Of a stretch of DNA of 64,000 nt, positions 8,978 through 18,540 are shown piece by piece. The notes below the pieces were generated by a model. The model worked only from the letters and a program-made list of their open reading frames with translations, was not told the DNA's origin and searched no databases. The position numbers were made by a program, and so were the translations under genes. Source of the DNA: a virus; IMG/VR virus record IMGVR_UViG_3300043497_000005; one strand, written 5' to 3'. Within the stretch, counting starts at the first letter, position 1, and every line of letters starts with the position of its first letter.

Positions 8978-9133
8978 TCAATCGTCCACATCGTCATTGA
9001 GGAATTGCAGCGCATCACGCAGCGCCTGCTTGATGTCATCGAAGTCGGCGCGCGCAGGCGTCAGTATGTCGTTGATCTCGACGGTGTCGTATTTGAAAAG
9101 CTCGACCGCGCCATCGCGCACAATAACGATCAT
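8978..9133 (-). CDS. Hypothetical protein
   Basis: MIVIVRDGAVELF...; translationally coupled spacing. Confidence 0.45.
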   Translation of the reverse strand: MIVIVRDGAVELFKYDTVEINDILTPARADFDDIKQALRDALQFLNDDVDD

Positions 9134-9501
9134 TGTCCTGTCACCTTGGAGCCGTGCTTCATGTTTTCCCACTGCGTGTGCCGCACGTACATGCGCAAGC
9201 TGTCGTTGCTCATCAGCACGTCGTTCGGCCCCAGCATCGCAAGAATGCCCGGCGGGATGTTGGTTGCCTCGGCGTCGTCGTCGGGCACCACGATCACCTG
9301 CACGCCCATCTCTAGCTCCCTGATCCGCTCGCCCATCTTCGCCGCCTGCTCCTGCAGCTTCTCGATCAACAGCGGCAGGCTGTCCATGCCGTTCACCGGA
9401 GCATCCGCCCAGTGCAGGTTGCAGCGAAACGCCCGGTTCTTGCTCGACCAGTAGCCGAACCTGCCGCAGGCTTCGCAGTGGCCGAAGGTGCCTACGGTCA
9501 T
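9130..9501 (-). CDS. Hypothetical protein with N-terminal Cys motif
   Basis: MTVGTFGHCEACGRF...CNLH, then a coiled-coil segment. Confidence 0.55.
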   Translation of the reverse strand: MTVGTFGHCEACGRFGYWSSKNRAFRCNLHWADAPVNGMDSLPLLIEKLQEQAAKMGERIRELEMGVQVIVVPDDDAEATNIPPGILAMLGPNDVLMSNDSLRMYVRHTQWENMKHGSKVTGQ

Positions 9502-9513
9502 CGGATGTCCCTT

Positions 9514-9540
9514 CAAATGGGAGTCATTGACTCCCATTTG
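9514..9540. promoter_or_regulatory. 27-bp perfect palindrome, copy 1 (operator-like)
   Basis: CAAATGGGAGTCA-T-TGACTCCCATTTG; second copy at 31127-31155; followed by C10. Confidence 0.65.
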
Positions 9541-9647
9541 CCCCCCCCCCTATCAACCCACCCACCAGCCGAACCAGTATCCCGCCGCGAATGTCGCAAA
9601 CGCCAGTGCATAGTGCCACCACTTGACCTCGGCCTTCAGCGCGTCCC

Positions 9648-11114
9648 TTACCCAACCCATGACAGCGTCCGGTCGTAGGTGCCTATCGCCTCGGCCAGCT
9701 TGTTGAACGCACCCGCAGTGGCGTCGACCTGATCCATGTATTTGCCCATCGGATATTGCTCGTGCTCTTCGAGGAACGGCCTGTTCCACGCGCCTGCCAC
9801 CAGCGACACGTTACCCGCCTGCACCTGCGCCGCATAGGGCTCGGCTCGAACCTCCTTGGCCCCGGTCACCTTGTCCATCTGCGCATCAAAACCCTTCAGC
9901 CTGCGCACGGTGCCCTCGGCGCTTTCCTTGCCGCCTGATCCCGGCTCCTGCTCGATCCAGACCGTGTAGCGCTTGCAGAAGCTGCGGTCGCTGTTGGCTG
10001 CCTGCAGGATTCGCGTCTCGCGCTCGATGGCTGACCACTGGCCCCTGATCACGTCCTCAACCACCGTTGTGCCATCGCGCATGTCATGCACCAGAGAGGC
10101 TGCGGTGTAGGCACCACCATCCTTTGTCCCGGCTTTGTCAATGTATCGGATTGATTTGCGCACGTTGCTGCGGTCGACACTGCCGATGATGTTGAACCGC
10201 TCGGTAGGAAACATCTCGCCGCCTGCGGCGATAGGTGATTGCTGATAGATCGATTGCCAACCGGCATTGGTCAGAACCTTCTTGCGCTCCATCAGGAATT
10301 CGAGCGGCTTCATCTCCGGGAAGAGCACATCGCCCTTGCGGCGATATTTCTGGTTGCGCTCGGCAATGGCGGTGTAGCGCAGCACCCGGGTTTTCGGGAA
10401 GTGCTCGATCCAGCGCCCGAGCGGATCGTCCATGTGCCAGCGCGTCATGATCATCAGCAAACCGGCCTTGTCACTGAAGCGCCCGAAGAAGTCGTCGGTC
10501 ATCCATGACCATGTCTTGTCGCGTATCAGCTTGCTCTGTGCTTCGGCCCGGCCCTTCATCGGGTCATCGATCACGCCGAGGTCCAAGCCCATACCGTTGA
10601 TCTGGCCCATCACCGTGGTGTTGCGAAACGAGCCGTTGAAGCCGACGTATTCGAGGATCGTTGAATTGCGCAGCCAGCGCGCCGACGTCGCCGATGCTGC
10701 GGTGTCGTTGATCTTGGTGAACTCGAACACGTCCTTGTAGTTGGGGCTGTCGTAGATGCGCTGCAGCGCGAGATTCACCTTCACCCCTAGCTCGTCGCTG
10801 TACGATCCGAAGATGGTGCGCAGGTTCGGGTCCTGTCCCGCCACCCACGAGATGAAGTCCGTGATCTGCTCGGTCTTGCCATGCTGCGGCGGTGCCATGA
10901 TCACCATCGCCGGGCGGGTGCCTGCCACCATCTGCCGATAAAACCACTGCAGGTTCTGCGCTAGGTTCTTCTGCCACCACGTCTCGACAAGGTTCGGCCT
11001 GATCACCTTGCGGTAGGCGTAGAAGTCCCTGCGTGCAGTAGCGAACCCAAGCTCGGCCAGCGCATCCTTGTCACCCTCGTTTAGCCTCTTCTTCTCCGGT
11101 GGATACTGCACCAT
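9648..11114 (-). CDS. terL: Terminase large subunit
   Basis: Walker A APPQHGKT, Walker B VIDDP, C-terminal nuclease with YIDKAG and DQVDA. Confidence 0.92.
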   Translation of the reverse strand: MVQYPPEKKRLNEGDKDALAELGFATARRDFYAYRKVIRPNLVETWWQKNLAQNLQWFYRQMVAGTRPAMVIMAPPQHGKTEQITDFISWVAGQDPNLRTIFGSYSDELGVKVNLALQRIYDSPNYKDVFEFTKINDTAASATSARWLRNSTILEYVGFNGSFRNTTVMGQINGMGLDLGVIDDPMKGRAEAQSKLIRDKTWSWMTDDFFGRFSDKAGLLMIMTRWHMDDPLGRWIEHFPKTRVLRYTAIAERNQKYRRKGDVLFPEMKPLEFLMERKKVLTNAGWQSIYQQSPIAAGGEMFPTERFNIIGSVDRSNVRKSIRYIDKAGTKDGGAYTAASLVHDMRDGTTVVEDVIRGQWSAIERETRILQAANSDRSFCKRYTVWIEQEPGSGGKESAEGTVRRLKGFDAQMDKVTGAKEVRAEPYAAQVQAGNVSLVAGAWNRPFLEEHEQYPMGKYMDQVDATAGAFNKLAEAIGTYDRTLSWVG

Positions 11115-11246
11115 GTTGCTCTAGGACCTTGGTGATCTCGTCAGCCATCGCAACCACGAGATCAATGTCCATTTCCTTGTTGGCGTTTCTCTCGTGGCAA
11201 TACGCTTGCGCCAGTGCATGCATGATCTCCTCGCGGCTGATCACGG

Positions 11247-11717
11247 CTATACCGGCTCGGGCTCGTCGTTGTCGATCTCGAAGTCCTCCGGCTCGTCGTC
11301 GTTCACTGCCGGTGTGGCCTGCATGATCTTGAACATCACCTCGATGTCGAGGCCACGGCTGATCAACTCCCGCTTCACCTCATCGACGGTTTTGTAGACC
11401 GTGCTCTTCGGTTTGTCGTCCATTGTCTTCTGCTCGACCTGCAGCGGGATGATGCGGCCCAGCAATGAGACGAACGCGCGCAGGTCCTCCTGTGCGATCT
11501 TGCGCATGAAGCCGATCAGCTTGCCCTTGCCTTGGCCGTCCTGCCCCTCAAGCTCGGCTGCGATCATGATGGCTTCCTTGAGCAGCCTTGTGTGCTTGGC
11601 TGTGGCACCTCGTGGCTTGCCCGGGTTGGGGATGCCCGGTTTGCCGAAGCGTCCTCGCTTGTTGCCGCTCTTGTTGAGGGGCACGACGTTGCCGCCCATG
11701 TCCGTGGTGTCGGTCAT
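11247..11717 (-). CDS. terS: Terminase small subunit
   Basis: GRFGKPGIPNPGKPRG N-terminus; lies just upstream of terL. Confidence 0.7.
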   Translation of the reverse strand: MTDTTDMGGNVVPLNKSGNKRGRFGKPGIPNPGKPRGATAKHTRLLKEAIMIAAELEGQDGQGKGKLIGFMRKIAQEDLRAFVSLLGRIIPLQVEQKTMDDKPKSTVYKTVDEVKRELISRGLDIEVMFKIMQATPAVNDDEPEDFEIDNDEPEPV

Positions 11718-11825
11718 GTTCTGTTATCCCTGTAATTTACAGAAGTGGTTGTTCTGGGCACTACCGTTCGGCCACTGGCACGGTGTGACGCGATGCCAGA
11801 TCAGTTCGCCCACATGGTGCTGTTT

Positions 11826-12293
11826 TTATCTCAGCAAGCCCGGAGCCAGTTCAACGCGACCTAGTGCTTCCAGTAAAATGATCTCACGCTGTCTCGGTGT
11901 CATGCCTTGGTAGATACCGCGCTGTCCGACGAACAGGCCACCGGTTACTTGCACCTTCTGGCCTTTCAAGAACCTGTTGCGGTGTAGTTCGATCAGGCCG
12001 TTGTGTTCCTTCGCTTTCATGTTCGCTACCCACTTCTCGGGCAGCTTAGCTGGCTTGTCGCCGTTCATCAGCACGGTGGTGACACCGATGGTCGAGAACA
12101 GCACGTGCCACTGATCCTCGACCTCAACAAACAAATAGCGCGGGAATAACCACCGCGCTGCGATAACTTTCTTGCCTCGTGTGATGCGCACAACCTTCTC
12201 GCGCGGTGCGTACACGTTGAAGCCCTGTCGCTCGATATGAGTGATGGCGCGACGTTCGCATGCTGGCTGTGCCTGCACGACAGCCCAGAACAT
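11826..12293 (-). CDS. nusG: NusG/RfaH-family transcription antiterminator
   Basis: NGN domain (WAVVQAQP...LFPRYLFVE...TIGV) plus KOW (GQKVQVTGGLFVGQRG). Confidence 0.85.
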   Translation of the reverse strand: MFWAVVQAQPACERRAITHIERQGFNVYAPREKVVRITRGKKVIAARWLFPRYLFVEVEDQWHVLFSTIGVTTVLMNGDKPAKLPEKWVANMKAKEHNGLIELHRNRFLKGQKVQVTGGLFVGQRGIYQGMTPRQREIILLEALGRVELAPGLLR

Positions 12294-13038
12294 TGAACGC
12301 GCCTCCGTTTGCTCTGATGGCTTTCACATCGAACGGCTTTCCGCTTGGGCGATTCGCTGCGGTGAACCCTGACGCTCCTCTATCGGGTCGTCAACACTGT
12401 CCCGAAGGTCAATTACCGGGTGTTTCACCGGCTTCGCCTTTTCCGAAACCCGGCCACGGTGGGCGCTGGATTCGCCACGGTGGGAGCGCGTTTGTGCGCG
12501 GAAATGCGCGTTTATGCGCGCGCACCACCTGTAAGTGCTTGATATCACAACGAAACAAATAGCGTTTGTTTGGCTCAATGGGCTCTTGCATGACCGGGTG
12601 ATACGCCCTACCTTCTGGGCTCGTTGTTCGGTTCACTTGATCGGACGGCGAGACGACCCCTCCGGTGCGGCTTCATCAAGCTCACTTACGACCGGGGGCC
12701 GGGAGGACCGGAGCGCGGATCGAGGCAAGCCTCTCCCGCTCCCGCTGATGGGGGGAAGCCCATTGGTTCAGGTCCGATCCCCGGGGGACCAATAAAATGG
12801 CCGAGCCGTCCACTGCCAACTGAAACGAGAGCGCACGCCATAACGACGCTCACGAAAACCGGCAGCCACCCCACACGACACAACGCCACGCCATAACGAG
12901 CGACCGTGACCACGGGGACGACACCACCAACGAATTCATCGAGCGCAGCGACGACGACCGGGACAATGCAGTTTGCGATGTCAGCCCGGCGCTTCGCTGC
13001 GTCACGATGCATTCATCACCAACATCAAGGAGCACACC

Positions 13039-13242
13039 ATGATCGTTCAACACCGAGGCAAGACCTACCGCGTCAGCGAGGCAGGCATCGTTGAGGTTTA
13101 CATCCCGATGGGCCAACCGCGCGTCATGCAACTGACACCACGTGTCGGCCACTACCGCACACTGAAGCACAACAGCGTCACCTCTCATCAGGTGCGCATC
13201 ATCGCCGAGCGCATCAAGCGCAACAAGGAGCAAGCACAATGA
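13039..13242 (+). CDS. Hypothetical protein
   Basis: AAGGAGCA RBS, MIVQHRGKTY... Confidence 0.6.
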   Translation: MIVQHRGKTYRVSEAGIVEVYIPMGQPRVMQLTPRVGHYRTLKHNSVTSHQVRIIAERIKRNKEQAQ

Positions 13243-13373
13243 GGATGACCCACCGCTGCGAGCGCTGCCCGCGCGTCACCGATCTCTACCACTGCCGCTC
13301 GGTCGATGAGTATCTCTGCGAGGAGTGCATCGAACAGGTCGCCGACGAGGAGAACGAGGAGTGCGACGCATGA
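13239..13373 (+). CDS. Small Cys-rich protein
   Basis: Read by hand: MRMTHRCERC...YLCEECIEQ...; ATGA overlaps on both sides. Confidence 0.45.
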   Translation: MRMTHRCERCPRVTDLYHCRSVDEYLCEECIEQVADEENEECDA

Positions 13374-13567
13374 CGCCGCGCTCGATCCACGTCGTTCAGA
13401 CCAACCGCGAGACCGGACGTGAGCGACGCGCTGAGCTTTGCCAGCGCTACCTCATGTTCATCTCTGATTTCACCAAACGAAAGAAGACGCCGGGCGAAGT
13501 GCTCGACGCAATGCTCTGGGGCGACAGCATCGTCACCGAGCGCTTCACCTATCGCATCGAACACTGA
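13370..13567 (+). CDS. Hypothetical protein
   Basis: MTPRSIHVVQ...; ATGA overlap. Confidence 0.5.
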   Translation: MTPRSIHVVQTNRETGRERRAELCQRYLMFISDFTKRKKTPGEVLDAMLWGDSIVTERFTYRIEH

Positions 13568-13594
13568 CACCAACGCTTCAAGGAGCAACAAGCT

Positions 13595-15181
13595 ATGACA
13601 ACCGAAACCAAAACACGCGGCCAGATCGTTGCCGCTGACGTCTCCGCGCTTCTCCGCGCTCGCAACCCGCTGATCTGGATCGTCACCCGCGAGGAAGCTC
13701 GCGTCGAGGCGCTGCTGATCGAGGCGGCTGCAGCCGCTGGCTACATCCCGCGCACGTGGGATGTGGCGCAGGGTTTCTTGGACATCGGCGGCAAGCAGCC
13801 GAACGATCTGCGCGATTCCACTGGCCCCGACGCTGCGCTCACCATCATCGGCGCTCGTGCCGAGGGCAAGGAGCGCGGCGTCTGGATCATGCGCGACCTG
13901 CCGGTGTGGCTCGATGGTGCCATCGGCTTCACCACGGTGCGCCAGATGCGCAACCTCGCTCGCTCACTCCCCGGTGCACCGCGTGAAGGTGCGCAGGCGA
14001 TCATCATCATCTCGCCGAAGAGCGAGGTGCCCGCCGAACTCGCCGGTCATGCCACGGTCATCGATTGGCCGATGCCTGATCGCGCCGAGATCGCAGCGAT
14101 CCTCGATGCCGCCATCGACGGTCTGCCCGACGACCTGCGCGAGAGCGCAGCGCCGAACGGTCAGCGTGATGCGGCCATCGATGCTGCGGTTGGTCTGTCA
14201 GGTGAAGAGGCACAGGCGTGCTACTCGCGCTCGCTGGTGCAGCTTCGCAAGATCGACCCGGCCCTCGTTGCTTCTGAGAAGAAGCGCGTGGTCAGCCGCG
14301 AGCGCGTGCTCGAATGGTACGATCCGATCAAGGGCGGCCTCGATGCCGTCGGTGGTCTGGATAACCTCAAGGGCTGGCTCAACACGAGGAAGAGCGCTTA
14401 CAGCCCGGCGGCTCGTGCCTACGGCCTACCCGCTCCGAAAGGCGCGATGCTGGTTGGCGTCCCGGGCTGCGGCAAGTCGCTCACCGCCAAGGCCATTGCC
14501 ACGGCGTGGGGCGTGCCGCTGCTCAAGGTCGACCTCGGCGCACTGAAGAGCAAGTTCGTCGGTGATTCCGAAGCGAACCTGCGCAAGGTGTTCAAGCTGG
14601 TCGAAGCCATCGGTCGCTGCGTTGTCTGGTTCGATGAGATCGAGAAGGCGCTGGAAGGTGCCACCTCGGGCTCGGCGGACGGCGGCGTGTCGGCTGATGC
14701 GCTCGGCGCGGTGCTGACGTGGATGCAGGAGCGACAGGGAGAGTCGTTCGTGATCGCCACGGCGAACAAGGCTGAAGGCTTGCCGCCCGAGCTTCTGCGC
14801 AAGGGACGGTTTGACGAGGTCTGGTTCATCGACCTGCCCACCACCAACGAGCGCGCTGCGGTTCTCTCTGCAGCGTTGCGCGAGCACGGTCGCGGCGATG
14901 TCGCGATCAATGCCGCTGCGGTTGCGAAAGTGACCGAGGGCTACACCGGCTCCGAGATCGCGGCGCTGGTGCCTGATGCACTGTTCGCTGCGTTCAACGA
15001 CGACGCTCGCGAGATCACCACCAAGGACCTGACCGACGCCGCCGCCACGGTGGTGCCGCTCAGCGTGACCGCTGCAGAGAAGATCACTGCTCTGCGCAAC
15101 TGGGCTGCGAGCCGCGCACGTGCGGCATCACTGCCCGAGACCATCGACACGGTGCGCAAGGTTCGCGCGCTCGATCTCTAA
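13595..15181 (+). CDS. AAA+ ATPase (Ycf46-like)
   Basis: GVPGCGKSL Walker A, VWFDEIEK Walker B, SRH PPELLRKGRFDE; degenerate N-terminal AAA module. Confidence 0.9.
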   Translation: MTTETKTRGQIVAADVSALLRARNPLIWIVTREEARVEALLIEAAAAAGYIPRTWDVAQGFLDIGGKQPNDLRDSTGPDAALTIIGARAEGKERGVWIMRDLPVWLDGAIGFTTVRQMRNLARSLPGAPREGAQAIIIISPKSEVPAELAGHATVIDWPMPDRAEIAAILDAAIDGLPDDLRESAAPNGQRDAAIDAAVGLSGEEAQACYSRSLVQLRKIDPALVASEKKRVVSRERVLEWYDPIKGGLDAVGGLDNLKGWLNTRKSAYSPAARAYGLPAPKGAMLVGVPGCGKSLTAKAIATAWGVPLLKVDLGALKSKFVGDSEANLRKVFKLVEAIGRCVVWFDEIEKALEGATSGSADGGVSADALGAVLTWMQERQGESFVIATANKAEGLPPELLRKGRFDEVWFIDLPTTNERAAVLSAALREHGRGDVAINAAAVAKVTEGYTGSEIAALVPDALFAAFNDDAREITTKDLTDAAATVVPLSVTAAEKITALRNWAASRARAASLPETIDTVRKVRALDL

Positions 15182-15188
15182 GCTACCC

Positions 15189-15221
15189 GGCGGCGTCGCA
15201 ATAATGCGGCGTCGCCTTTTT
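15189..15221 (+). terminator. Intrinsic terminator
   Basis: GGCGGCGTCGCA-ATAA-TGCGGCGTCGCC with G-U pairs, followed by T5. Confidence 0.55.
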
Positions 15222-15244
15222 CATTCTCATCAAGGAGCACTACC

Positions 15245-16030
15245 ATGAACGTTCGCAACATCGAGACCCTGCGCCCCGGCTTCCTGATCTCGCTGAAGAC
15301 CAGCGTGCGCGGCAACGTCAAGTATGACAAGCGCGACATCGCCAACGAGACCACCGCCGACGGCAAGGCCATCGCCGAGTGGGAGACCAAGCGCATCATC
15401 GCCGACCCGGTCGAGTTCAAGGCCGCAGGCGAAGCGCGCGGCAAGGCGCGGTCGCTGATCAACAGCGTCTGCGTCGCGTCGGCGTTCGGCCTGCTCTGCC
15501 CCGAGGCGGCGCAGGAGGAGTTGGACAACGCGGTCAAGTCCGCTCACGCTGTGGTCGACACCTTCAACGCCACCGCCAAGCTCACGAGGGTTTCGGTCTA
15601 CGTCATGGTTGGCAAGATCGCCGCCGATGACGTCGAGGCGGTGAAGGCGATCAACTCCGAGGTGTCTGACCTGTTGGGCCAGATGCAGGAGGGCCTGAAG
15701 AACCTCGACGTCAAGGCGATCCGCGACGCCGCCGCTAAGGCCAAGGGCATCGGCCAGATGCTCGCTCCCGAGGCTGCGGTGCGGATTCAGATGGCCATCG
15801 ATGCGGCCCGCTCATCGGCACGCAAGATCGTGCAGGCCGGTGAGACCGCCGCCGCCGAGGTCGACCTGCGGGCGATCCGGGCGGTGACCGAAGCCCGGAC
15901 CGCGTTCCTCGATCTGGACGAGGCCAAGGAGGTCGCTGCGCCGCGTCAGGAGGGCCGGGCGCTCGATCTGACCCCGGAGCACCCGGTTGCCCCGGCAACC
16001 AAGCCCACGGCTCGCGCTATCGAACTGTGA
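15245..16030 (+). CDS. Hypothetical protein (DUF3150-like, AAA-cluster associated)
   Basis: 261-aa helical ORF with strong RBS after the Ycf46-like ATPase; family name is tentative. Confidence 0.6.
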   Translation: MNVRNIETLRPGFLISLKTSVRGNVKYDKRDIANETTADGKAIAEWETKRIIADPVEFKAAGEARGKARSLINSVCVASAFGLLCPEAAQEELDNAVKSAHAVVDTFNATAKLTRVSVYVMVGKIAADDVEAVKAINSEVSDLLGQMQEGLKNLDVKAIRDAAAKAKGIGQMLAPEAAVRIQMAIDAARSSARKIVQAGETAAAEVDLRAIRAVTEARTAFLDLDEAKEVAAPRQEGRALDLTPEHPVAPATKPTARAIEL

Positions 16031-16105
16031 GCCCATCCCCCGGGCGGCTGATTCACCCAGCCGCCCGGGTTCCCCATTCACCGCCCACGTGGAGAGCTAA
16101 ACCCA

Positions 16106-16453
16106 ATGGCATGCGACACCCAGCCCATGAAGGGCCAGACACTGACCGAGCGGAAAACTCAGGTCAAAGAGATCATCGCCTTCACCGACGAACTGATCCG
16201 CAAAGGCAAGATCAAGATCGTGGTCGACAAGCGATCAGGTGCCATCGCGTTCGATGGCATGACACCGCAGGAGCGCGGCAACGTATCCGACGCCTGCACA
16301 TACAGGATGCTGATGGTCAGTGGCAGCGTGCTGGCCAAGCAGGCCATCGCTCGCGCCGAGCAACTGGCCGGGCGCGGCGTCAACCGACAGGCGCTGACCA
16401 ACGGCGTGCACAGCCACGACGGCGGCCACACGTGGTCGACGCACAAACACTAA
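16106..16453 (+). CDS. Hypothetical protein (AAA-cluster associated)
   Basis: 115-aa ORF with GGAGAG RBS; ends GVHSHDGGHTWSTHKH. Confidence 0.7.
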   Translation: MACDTQPMKGQTLTERKTQVKEIIAFTDELIRKGKIKIVVDKRSGAIAFDGMTPQERGNVSDACTYRMLMVSGSVLAKQAIARAEQLAGRGVNRQALTNGVHSHDGGHTWSTHKH

Positions 16454-16473
16454 AACCATCAAGGAGCAAAACA

Positions 16474-16692
16474 ATGGTCACCATCCACCCTACGCTGGCG
16501 CGAGAGATCGCGTCAGCCATCAACAAGCGCTCGGTCGCCTGCGACATGATCGGCGCTGCACTGGCGAAGAGGCCGTACGAGCACGAGGCCTTCGTGTTCT
16601 GGGTCAAGCAACATCGCGACGCCAGCAACGCGCTGATCGCAATGGGCATCGACGTCATCACCTACGATGAGCCGATCAAGGAGCGAGCATGA
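16474..16692 (+). CDS. Hypothetical protein
   Basis: AAGGAGCAA RBS, MVTIHPTLARE... Confidence 0.65.
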   Translation: MVTIHPTLAREIASAINKRSVACDMIGAALAKRPYEHEAFVFWVKQHRDASNALIAMGIDVITYDEPIKERA

Positions 16693-17174
16693 CCAACCAC
16701 TGTGGAAGCTGCACGGCATGCTGCCGCGTGTTCGCCATCGCGGAGATGCCGGAGAAGAAGGCTGGGGATTGGTGCACCCACTGCACCATCGGCAAGGGCT
16801 GCAAGATTTACGAGGAGCGACCGCCAACCTGTTTCGATTTCGAATGCCTGTGGCTCGCCAGCCAGAAGCGCGAGAACCCGGACGAGCGGCTCGCTGCATC
16901 GCTACGGCCTGATCGTTGCAAGGTGGTGTTCGCGCCATCGACCAACCCGAACATCATGTCAGCCACCACCATGCCCGGCGCTAAGCTGGCATGGCAGAAG
17001 CCCGACGTGCTCGCGTTGATTCAGAAGATGACCGACGCAGGCATGGGCGTGGTCTGCGGCGCACCCGCGTCGACCGAACGGACGATGGTCGACCGCAACG
17101 GTCCGCACACCGTCTACCTCACCGAGCCCGACGAGCATGGCATGCAGTACAACATCGAGAAGGAAGACACGTGA
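16689..17174 (+). CDS. YkgJ-like Cys-cluster protein
   Basis: CGSCTACC...WCTHC...CKIYEERPPTCFDFECLWL. Confidence 0.75.
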   Translation: MTNHCGSCTACCRVFAIAEMPEKKAGDWCTHCTIGKGCKIYEERPPTCFDFECLWLASQKRENPDERLAASLRPDRCKVVFAPSTNPNIMSATTMPGAKLAWQKPDVLALIQKMTDAGMGVVCGAPASTERTMVDRNGPHTVYLTEPDEHGMQYNIEKEDT

Positions 17175-17554
17175 CGGTCATCGCATCTGTCCCTCGCGCC
17201 ATGCTGGAGCGCAAGCCCCGGCATGGTGACGCCTGCAACCGCTGCGGCCTGTGCTGCTACGCCGCGCTGTGCGACGTGGCGCGCCTGATCCACGGCAACC
17301 GCGTCGGGCCATGCCCGGAGCTTCAGTGGGATGCCGATGGCTCCCGCTGCGGCCTGATCGAGCGCAGTACAGGCGAGGCCCGCGAGGACGCCAAGCTGTT
17401 GATCAACTCGGGCAATGGCTGCGATATGATCCTGCGCGGCGAGCCTCGCAACCATCGCTACACCGCGAGCCTTCTGGATCGCGACATCAAGAACCGTGAG
17501 CGGCTCGATGCCGCTCGCATCCGTTTCGGTCTCATCAGGGAGCAAGGACAATGA
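17171..17554 (+). CDS. Second YkgJ-like Cys-cluster protein
   Basis: CNRCGLCC...CPEL...RCGL; GTG start overlapping the upstream stop. Confidence 0.65.
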   Translation: MTVIASVPRAMLERKPRHGDACNRCGLCCYAALCDVARLIHGNRVGPCPELQWDADGSRCGLIERSTGEAREDAKLLINSGNGCDMILRGEPRNHRYTASLLDRDIKNRERLDAARIRFGLIREQGQ

Positions 17555-17757
17555 CCACCGAATTCCAACTGAACAGGCCACGAGTCACCGACAATGATCG
17601 CGGCGCTATCGTCGTCACGTTTGAGGGCCGACAGATTCGTCTGTGGACCTACCAGAGCGAAGAGGCTCGACGGAAAAAGATGATGTACGCGCGCGAGTAC
17701 ATTGAGGGCTGGTGCGACGGTCGCAACTTCGAGCGAAAATTATTTATACCGAACTAG
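17551..17757 (+). CDS. Hypothetical protein
   Basis: 68-aa ORF with RBS. Confidence 0.65.
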   Translation: MTTEFQLNRPRVTDNDRGAIVVTFEGRQIRLWTYQSEEARRKKMMYAREYIEGWCDGRNFERKLFIPN

Positions 17758-17956
17758 CCGCTACACTGTCGGCGTTTACGAACGCGAGGTGCGTGATCGA
17801 CGCACACCTCGCCCTATGTTTTCCCATGTCAACCCCAACGAAATTCGCGGGCCGATGCACGCCCGCTAGCGTTTGCTGATCTGGAGTCACATCGACACCC
17901 GATTTGGCGCAAGTGCGTTTGCTACACTTTTGATGTTGTCAACCAAAGGAGCCATC

Positions 17957-18472
17957 ATGGCACGCAAGACAGAGACCATCGAACACCTCGACGCATCGAT
18001 CAAGCGATGGAAGACCCGGCTGAAGCGAACGATGACCATGCTCGACAAGCTGGAGAAGAAGCGCAACCGGCTCGCAGCCAAGGCGCTGGTTGCCAAGCAT
18101 CTCGATCCGGTGCTTGAGCAACTGGCTGGTCTCACGATCAGGCCGAAGGCCGAGAAGGTCGTAGTGTTCGAGCCCGAGCCGATCTCCCCGGTGATCGATG
18201 AGATCATGTCCAAGCCACCGTCCGAGACCGAGATGGCGGCGCACGACCGGGTGCTGGAGGACAGCGGCATCCCCGCGTTCCTGCGGCGCGGACAAGCGGC
18301 GCAGGCGGCTGCCGACAAGGTGATAGCCGACAGCATCCGCGAAGAGCAGGCCACCGCCAAGAAAGCGAAGGCTCAAGGCCGTATCGCCAAGATGAAGGCG
18401 AAGAAGGCTGGCGACCTGAAGAAAATGCCACTCAGTGGCAAGGCTGCACTAGACGCGATCCGCAACGGCTAA
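17957..18472 (+). CDS. Basic hypothetical protein
   Basis: AAGGAG RBS; K/A-rich; terminator downstream. Confidence 0.65.
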   Translation: MARKTETIEHLDASIKRWKTRLKRTMTMLDKLEKKRNRLAAKALVAKHLDPVLEQLAGLTIRPKAEKVVVFEPEPISPVIDEIMSKPPSETEMAAHDRVLEDSGIPAFLRRGQAAQAAADKVIADSIREEQATAKKAKAQGRIAKMKAKKAGDLKKMPLSGKAALDAIRNG

Positions 18473-18483
18473 CACCATCACCG

Positions 18484-18517
18484 CCCGGCCAGTGAACGAT
18501 TCGCTGGCCGGGTTTTT
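18484..18517 (+). terminator. Intrinsic terminator
   Basis: CCCGGCCAG...CTGGCCGGG followed by T5. Confidence 0.65.
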
Positions 18518-18540
18518 CTTATCCATCAAGGAGCAATGCA

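Noticed and set aside
11747-11800. Possible further orphan GGY-NN unit between nusG and terS
   Set aside because: Only about 4 of 11 in-phase beads start with GG and there is no terminator.
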